Assembly (NCBI GenBank): GCA_900548955.1
Contig: URMQ01000001.1
Span: forward strand, 1 to 55,143
Length of the DNA: 55,143 nt
Reading direction: 5' to 3'
Origin: an uncultured Eggerthella sp.
GTDB lineage: Bacteria; Actinomycetota; Coriobacteriia; Coriobacteriales; Eggerthellaceae
Below are positions 49,139 through 55,143 of this stretch, one piece after another. Both the position numbers and the translations under genes were made by a program. A model generated the notes under the pieces. That model was not told the DNA's origin. It saw only the letters and a list, made by a program, of their open reading frames with translations, and searched no databases. The first letter of the stretch is position 1. Every line of letters starts with the position of its first letter.

Positions 49139-50776
49139 ATGAACCTCGAAGAACTTTGGACAGACTTAATTCGGCAACTGAAATCATACCCAAATGTAAA
49201 CGCATCACAAATTGATGCGTTCTTTTCACGTGTCCAAGTTCAGGCAGCAAGCCAAGGGTTTGTAATGTTTACTTCGGATAATAGCTTCATTAAAGACTGG
49301 ATAGAAAAGCACTATATAAAAGATATTCAGCAAGCGTTAAAAGATTTATATGGAGCAGAATTTGTTGTACAGATCGAAGTAGATCCAACCTCTACCCCTG
49401 TTGCACCGCTCCCAGAAGCGCCGCAAACACAACACATTCAGCAAGGCCAGCTACAAAGTCCAACAACACAAGATTACTCTCAGAGTACTCCATTTCAGAA
49501 CACCATAAACACTGCATATACTCAAAAGAGAGGGATTACAGAACCGCTACATATTAAAGAGAATCACGTAGCTACATCACCTTCAAATTATTCCACACCA
49601 CTACAATCAACGCCTGATAGATATGAAAATCAGGTACTGAATGAAGGGAATTCCGATCAGCGTAGACTAGAAAATCAGGAAGCTTCCCTATCTAACACCC
49701 TTAAAAGTAGTGACCAAAAGGGATTCAATAGCCTTACCTTTGAAAACTTCGTTATTGGTGATTCTAATCAAATGGCGTATTCCATGGCTGTTGAAGTAGC
49801 AGATCATCCAGGATCTTCCGCATTGAACCCGCTTTTTATCTACGGACGCAGCGGTGTTGGAAAAACACATTTACTTTGCGCAATAAAAAACTATATCAAT
49901 GAACAATATAGAGACTTCAATGTTATCTACATTGATTCTATGGAACTCGTTAATCGTTATTCGGATGCAGCTATTGAAAAGAATGTAGATAAGCAAAGTT
50001 TTAAGAATTTTGATGACTATTTTCAACAAGCAGACGTTCTTCTTATTGATGATATTCAGGGGTTACAAGGTAAACCAGGAACTTTAAGTGCACTATTTAG
50101 GATATTCAATAAGATGATTACTAAGGGTAAGCAGTTTGTATTCTCAGCAGACCGCGCCCCTAAAAATATCGACCTTGATGAGCGATATGTTTCTCGTTTT
50201 AACTCGGGAGCTACAATAGATATTCAACCGCCTGATGATGAAACGAAACGAAGCATTATTAAAAGTTTTATCTCTCAATATAAAAAAGAAGAGGATCTTC
50301 CCTTTATTATTTCCGACAGTATCCTTGACTATATCATTGATAATTCAAGTTCTAATATCCGTGAACTCAAAAGCGCTATCACTAACGTGATCTTTGCTTT
50401 AAAAATGGATAAAAGTCACGAATTATCTGAACAGCGTGTAAAAGAGCTTTTAGGTAATCATTTTATTGGTGGCGGTAAAAAGCGAATCACTATCGAAATC
50501 ATCCAAGGTGCGGTAGAAGATTTTTACGGAGTTGCTCATAAGGATTTAGTAGGGAAAAAGAAAGAGCGCCGCATTGTTCACCCAAGACAGGTAGCAATAT
50601 ATCTTTGTCGCGAATTATCGGAAAGTACTCTAAAAAATATTGGTACCGCATTCAATCGTGACCATACTACGGTAATGCATTCATGTGATCTTATTAGTAG
50701 TCAGTTACAAGAGGATCGAAATCTTCGTGAAGAACTCGAGGCTATCCGCGAAAAAATTCGCATCCAGCAATACTGA
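49139..50776 (+). CDS. dnaA: Chromosomal replication initiator DnaA
   Basis: TFENFVIG, NPLFIYGRSGVGKTHL, LLIDDIQ, IGTAFNRDHTTVMH. Confidence 0.98.
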   Translation: MNLEELWTDLIRQLKSYPNVNASQIDAFFSRVQVQAASQGFVMFTSDNSFIKDWIEKHYIKDIQQALKDLYGAEFVVQIEVDPTSTPVAPLPEAPQTQHIQQGQLQSPTTQDYSQSTPFQNTINTAYTQKRGITEPLHIKENHVATSPSNYSTPLQSTPDRYENQVLNEGNSDQRRLENQEASLSNTLKSSDQKGFNSLTFENFVIGDSNQMAYSMAVEVADHPGSSALNPLFIYGRSGVGKTHLLCAIKNYINEQYRDFNVIYIDSMELVNRYSDAAIEKNVDKQSFKNFDDYFQQADVLLIDDIQGLQGKPGTLSALFRIFNKMITKGKQFVFSADRAPKNIDLDERYVSRFNSGATIDIQPPDDETKRSIIKSFISQYKKEEDLPFIISDSILDYIIDNSSSNIRELKSAITNVIFALKMDKSHELSEQRVKELLGNHFIGGGKKRITIEIIQGAVEDFYGVAHKDLVGKKKERRIVHPRQVAIYLCRELSESTLKNIGTAFNRDHTTVMHSCDLISSQLQEDRNLREELEAIREKIRIQQY

Positions 50777-50832
50777 AGTGTTACCTGATGCAGCATGAAT
50801 AAACGTTATTAAAAACATGATATAGGTAAAGC

Positions 50833-51030
50833 TGTGTATAACATGCCTATATTTAAGGGGAATACTGAAGAGAAGTGTGGATAAAGTTTTCCCCACATTA
50901 TCCAAGTGGAAAACAAAGTAAGAAATCCACACGAAACAAACGATAACTTTTATTTGTATCGATCTGGGAAAATAAAAGTTATCAACAAATCAACGCTTCT
51001 TATTATTGTTATTACTAGTATTTAATTAAG
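50833..51030. other. oriC between dnaA and dnaN: DnaA boxes, DnaA-trios, AT-rich unwinding region
   Basis: TGTGTATAA 50833-50841, TGTGGATAA 50876-50884, degenerate boxes at 50889 and 50923, TTATCAACA 50979-50987, then TAT TAT TGT TAT TAC TAG TAT (51001-51021). Confidence 0.88.
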
Positions 51031-51106
51031 AAGAATAAGAAAAGAAAGAGAACGAGGAAAAGAACAGGTATCATAAACAAGAACCAATCTTATTAGAGGA
51101 GCTTTA

Positions 51107-52204
51107 ATGAAATTCAGCATTAATCAATCAGAACTTCAAAATGCCTTATCCGTATGTGTAAAAGGTTCTTCTACTCGTTCTACTCTTTCAATTCTTGCTG
51201 GTGTATATATAAAAGCAGAAGAAGGATCTATTACCTTACAAACTACCAATCTTGAACTTTCAATCAAAGTTACTTGTTCAGCGTTAGTCGAAGAACAGGG
51301 AGAATCGGTAGTACCAGCTAAACTTTTCTTAGATATTGTGAAAAATCTTCCGGATATGGCAGTACGTATTGAAGCTGATGCTAGTACCGCTGTGGTGTTT
51401 TGCGATAGCACCACCTTTTCACTTAAAGCACTCAATCCTCTCGATTTTCCTGCATTTCCAGAAGTTGAAGCCGACCAAGAAGCGCAATTTCCGTTCTCTG
51501 TTTTCTCTAAAATGCTTAAAAGAACCTCTAAAGTTGTTTCACATGATGAAACCCGTATTGTGCTCACTGGCGTATTAATATCCTGTGTTGGTACTGAATT
51601 AAAGATGGTAGCAACTGACTCGTATCGATTAGCGGTTGCAGAAACAGAACTTTCACAGCCCTGCCCTGAAGAATTCGAAGCGGTTATTTCTGGTTCGTTC
51701 TTGAGTGATATTGCGTCACTTCCGCAATCAGATCAGCCCATTACACTTGCTTTGAGTGAGAACCAAATCATTGTTAAGTATCAAGACACCACCTTTATTA
51801 ATCGTCGTATTGAAGGATCATTCCCTAATTACAAACAACTCATAGCAGACGGTTTTATTACTCGAGCAACGCTTCCTACTCATGCGTTAGTTGATGCAGT
51901 AAGACGTGTTTCTTTGTTAAGTAATAAAGTTTCACCTGTTCAGATTAAGGTTGACTCTGAAGCAGGGGTAGTAACCCTTCTTACGAATTCACAGGATATT
52001 GGAAACGCTCAGGAAAACCTAATCTGCGAAGTTGAAGGTGAACCAGTAGAAATTGCATTCAATTACTCCTTCTTACTTGATGGATTGAATTCAATTGATA
52101 CTGACGCAGTTCACTTAGATTTATTTGGTCCTATGAAACCAGGAATCCTGCGAGCAACCGAAGGTGAAAACTTCCTATATTTAATTATGCCTGTTCGTGT
52201 ATAG
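51107..52204 (+). CDS. dnaN: DNA polymerase III beta clamp
   Basis: MKFSIN, VATDSYRLA, RIEGSFPNY, C-terminal LIMPVRV. Confidence 0.98.
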   Translation: MKFSINQSELQNALSVCVKGSSTRSTLSILAGVYIKAEEGSITLQTTNLELSIKVTCSALVEEQGESVVPAKLFLDIVKNLPDMAVRIEADASTAVVFCDSTTFSLKALNPLDFPAFPEVEADQEAQFPFSVFSKMLKRTSKVVSHDETRIVLTGVLISCVGTELKMVATDSYRLAVAETELSQPCPEEFEAVISGSFLSDIASLPQSDQPITLALSENQIIVKYQDTTFINRRIEGSFPNYKQLIADGFITRATLPTHALVDAVRRVSLLSNKVSPVQIKVDSEAGVVTLLTNSQDIGNAQENLICEVEGEPVEIAFNYSFLLDGLNSIDTDAVHLDLFGPMKPGILRATEGENFLYLIMPVRV

Positions 52205-52219
52205 GTTACCGGTGAATAT

Positions 52220-53356
52220 ATGGGGCTTTCCATTACCACGATAGAATGCACTAATTTTCGTTCGTATGATCATTTCTTTCTTAATGATCTTGCTACTTTT
52301 ACGCTTATTGTGGGACCGAATGCTACCGGTAAGACAAACTTACTTGAAGGAATTCAGTTAACTACAGCTGCTTCTTCGTTTCGCCACCCAAAAGCAGAGC
52401 ATTTAATTCGCAATGGTGAAGAAATAGCTTCTTTTAAATCGAGTCTTAAGGGTGATGGGCGTCAGCTAGATATTGAACTTCGTGCAACGAAGGATGGGAA
52501 ACAGTTTCTTTTTAATGGGAAGAAAAAACGCGCTCATAGTATACGAGGACTTTTACCTTCTATTTTGTTTTGCCCTGATGATTTAAACCTTATTAAAGGA
52601 ACTCAAAACGTAAAAAGATCACAGTTGGATCTATTGGGTTCTCAAATATCTGTAGGATATAACGCAGTTCGTAAAGATTATGAAAAAATACTGCGCCAAA
52701 AAAATAGTTGTTTGAAGCAAGATATGCCACATGAATACCTTTTAAGTATTAATGAGGTTCTAGCTTCTGTGGGAGCTCAGCTCTATCATTTGCGCTCTCA
52801 GCTTATCGCGGCACTTATTCCTTATATTCAGTCGTACTATCGTGAACTATCTCAAGGAAGAGAAGAAGTGTTAGTTTCTTATATCCCTTCTTGGAAGCGT
52901 CACGAAATAAATACAGAACAGTATCAAGAAACTAAATGGTGCAGTCGCGAGCAAGCTCATACTTTTCTTTTAGATAGTATGGAGAAAGACTATGCGAAAG
53001 AACACGAACGACGTATGTCACTTTATGGGCCTCAAGTGGATAGAATTGAATTTTTCCTTAATGGTAAAAATGCATCACTTTTTGCTTCTCAAGGACAACA
53101 ACGCTCATTGGTTTTGAGTTATAAGATGGCAGAAGTTGCTCTTATTAAAGATAAATTAGGGCAAAATCCCGTTTTATTGCTAGATGATGTAATGAGTGAA
53201 CTTGATAACAATAGAAGAAATGCCCTATTTTCTCTTTTATCAGAAGGAATTCAGACATTTATAACCGCCACTAATGCTGAAATGCTAGAAAATCCTCTTC
53301 TGAGTCAAGCAAGGGTAGTGGAGTTAGGTTTTAATGGGGTGGTCGTTTATGGTTAA
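52220..53356 (+). CDS. recF: DNA replication and repair protein RecF
   Basis: NFRSY, GPNATGKTN, ASQGQQRS, LLLDDVMSELD. Confidence 0.97.
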   Translation: MGLSITTIECTNFRSYDHFFLNDLATFTLIVGPNATGKTNLLEGIQLTTAASSFRHPKAEHLIRNGEEIASFKSSLKGDGRQLDIELRATKDGKQFLFNGKKKRAHSIRGLLPSILFCPDDLNLIKGTQNVKRSQLDLLGSQISVGYNAVRKDYEKILRQKNSCLKQDMPHEYLLSINEVLASVGAQLYHLRSQLIAALIPYIQSYYRELSQGREEVLVSYIPSWKRHEINTEQYQETKWCSREQAHTFLLDSMEKDYAKEHERRMSLYGPQVDRIEFFLNGKNASLFASQGQQRSLVLSYKMAEVALIKDKLGQNPVLLLDDVMSELDNNRRNALFSLLSEGIQTFITATNAEMLENPLLSQARVVELGFNGVVVYG

Positions 53357-54029
53357 ACACCCTGAATGGTGGTCATCTCAAGACCCTCGTCATCTAGCAG
53401 AAGTATTTGACGAGCGAAATAATACCCTGCGACCAGTTTCTTCTTCGTTTAATGCGTTTTATAACACCATGCCCGAAGAAATAAAAAAGCGAGTTTTAAT
53501 AAATCGAAGAATTCAGCGGGTCCATGAACAATTTTCTCAGGTAGTTGATCCTTTTATTCTTGAGCACACTAATTCAGTGTATTTATTGCGTCATAAAGAT
53601 CTTTTATCTGAAGATATTGCGCCTAGTAATACAAAACATAGAAAAGAAATTACTTCAGATACTCAAAACGAAAAATGTAAAGAAACAAAAGTACCTTCGC
53701 TTTTTGATTTAGTGGTGTATGTTGACAATTCTCTCGTAGCGGCAGAATTGAATGCACGAAGAGAATTAATTCGTCTGAAATATCGAGAACAATTCAATGT
53801 AGTAATTGATGTATTCGAAATACGCATATCACGTGGTTTGTATAAAGAAAAACACCCGTTTAAGGAACAAGGTAGTAAAACATATACACCTCCTGTTAGA
53901 CGTGAATTATCAGAAGAAGAAACATCTTCTATCAACGAACTTGTGAAGGATATTTCTAATAAAAGAATTAAAGAGTCGTTTATTAAAGCAATAACGGCTC
54001 AAAAACGTTTTTCAGATAAAAAAGAATAA
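53349..54029 (+). CDS. Hypothetical protein between recF and gyrB, possibly DciA/DUF721-like
   Basis: Occupies the dciA position of the actinobacterial dnaN-recF-X-gyrB operon; LVVYVDNSLVAAELNARRELIRLKY resembles the DciA strand-helix pattern. Confidence 0.65.
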   Translation: MVKHPEWWSSQDPRHLAEVFDERNNTLRPVSSSFNAFYNTMPEEIKKRVLINRRIQRVHEQFSQVVDPFILEHTNSVYLLRHKDLLSEDIAPSNTKHRKEITSDTQNEKCKETKVPSLFDLVVYVDNSLVAAELNARRELIRLKYREQFNVVIDVFEIRISRGLYKEKHPFKEQGSKTYTPPVRRELSEEETSSINELVKDISNKRIKESFIKAITAQKRFSDKKE

Positions 54030-54204
54030 AATCTGTCAAAATAAATTCAAAACGCCCATCAGAATCGCTCAGAATAGCTGTAAACGCTAGAAAATCACAA
54101 AGTACCCTGATTATTCTGCTATAATAAATCGTTGGCTAAAAGCCTCTTAAGAACGCTTCCTCTATCGGAGGCGTTTTGAATGTGTAAGTAAAGAGGAGGA
54201 ATTT

Positions 54205-55030
54205 GTGGTAGCTCAAAGTAACCATTACAGTGGCCAGGACATCCAAATTCTTGAAGGTTTGGAAGCGGTTCGTAAGCGCCCTGGTATGTATATTGGTTCA
54301 ACGGGTCCTCGTGGTTTGCATCATCTGGTATATGAGGTAGTTGATAATTCCGTCGACGAAGCCTTAGCAGGATTCTGCGACACTATTGATGTAACTATCC
54401 ATGAAGATAATTCCGTAACGGTTATAGATAATGGCCGTGGTATTCCTATCGATAAACATCCGAAAGAAAAAATTCCTACTGTAGAAGTTGTTTTAACTAT
54501 CTTGCATGCTGGTGGTAAATTCGGCGGTGAAGGTTATAAGGTTTCTGGTGGTCTTCACGGTGTAGGTGTTTCGGTAGTTAATGCGCTGTCTACTAAGGTG
54601 GTAGTACAGGTTCGTCGTGATGGTAAAGAGTATGAAATTTCTTTCGATCACGGCAAGACTAAAGAAAAGCTTCATGAAATTGGTAAAAGCAAACATAATG
54701 GCACTACGGTAACGTTTTGGCCTGATCCTGAAATTTTCCGCGAAACAACCGAGTTTGATTTCACTACCTTACAGGCACGTTTTCGTGAAATGTCTTTCTT
54801 AAATAAGGGTTTAAAGATTACTCTTACCGACGAGCGTGATATCGACAACGAGGGCAACCCTCGTAAGGAAGTTTTCCATGCTCTTGGTGGTTTGCAGGAC
54901 TTTGTTAAGTTCTTAAATCATGGTAAAGAAACCTTGAATAAGTCTATCTACTTTGAAGCAGAAAATGAAAACGGCATGGTTGAAGTTGCTATGCAGTGGT
55001 CCACTTCATACTCTTCAAATTCAGTTATGT
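54205..55030 (+). CDS. gyrB: DNA gyrase subunit B, 5' part, truncated at the ~55030 junction
   Basis: RBS GAGGAGG; GTG 54205: MVAQSNHYSGQDIQILEGLEAVRKRPGMYIGST...HAGGKFGG...SGGLHGVG...VEVAMQWSTSYSSNSVMS, after which similarity is lost. Confidence 0.95.
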
Positions 55031-55143
55031 CAGATTCCATGAAATCAAAGATATTGTTGTTGTCACGCTTGACCGCTTCCCGGTTTTCCCGGATACGGTC
55101 ACTCTCCGTAAACTTAAAGTTGTTGGCAACAAGCCGCTGTAAG
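55031..55143 (-). other. Internal fragment of an unrelated gene, resembling a Clostridiales phage/plasmid P4-family primase C-terminal region
   Basis: Minus strand reads LQRLVANNFKFTESDRIRENREAVKRDNNNIFDFMES; family assignment from recall only. Confidence 0.5.

Noticed and set aside
5091..55030. 50-kb block as an ICE, prophage or genomic island
   Set aside because: Content is almost entirely core housekeeping genes plus oriC. There are no integrase, conjugation or phage genes, and both ends are mid-gene.
5078..55033. ATGTCAG near both junctions (5078-5084 and 55027-55033) as a possible target-site duplication
   Set aside because: The left copy lies inside intact ftsA codons several bases from the break, and the right flank does not continue ftsA. 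A 7-mer match is compatible with chance.

Overview
The window reads as ordinary housekeeping DNA from three different organisms joined end to end. (1) Bases 1 to ~5090 are Bacteroides-type chromosome: gyrB 5' half, rpsT, tRNA-Glu, recO, yqeY, ftsZ and the last ~74 codons of ftsA, with Bacteroidetes TAnnTTTG promoters. (2) Bases ~5091 to ~55030 are the origin-proximal region of what I infer is a fairly AT-rich Coriobacteriia (Eggerthellaceae-like) actinobacterium. This block holds a truncated glycosyltransferase, rsgA, trkH, a dnaK-grpE-dnaJ-hspR-clpB operon, ferredoxin, hypE-nikR, galE, tRNA-Gly with structured repeats, a TetR-ABC exporter cassette, adh, ldh, a degenerate M28 peptidase, dinG, ddl, rlmN, parBA-rsmG-jag-yidC-yidD-rnpA-rpmH, oriC signals (parS sites, DnaA boxes, DnaA-trios), and dnaA-dnaN-recF-(dciA-like)-gyrB 5' part. 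(3) The last ~110 bp resemble an internal piece of a Clostridiales P4-family primase gene on the minus strand. Both junctions cut genes mid-frame and I see no integrase, transposase, att site or target duplication, so a chimeric assembly or construct is far more likely than real transfer. I find no CRISPR array, prophage or recognisable defence system. The best leads for undescribed biology are small: a tRNA-Gly-linked cluster of palindromic elements, a GHKL-ATPase/wHTH gene between rpmH and dnaA inside a split origin, an M28 pseudo-peptidase with its metal ligands substituted, an unannotated DUF5679-like zinc-ribbon mini-protein, a small His-containing protein in a nikR-hypE operon, and a 22-bp-period GTTTC-N8-GAAAC array. 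All family assignments are from motif recognition, not database searches.
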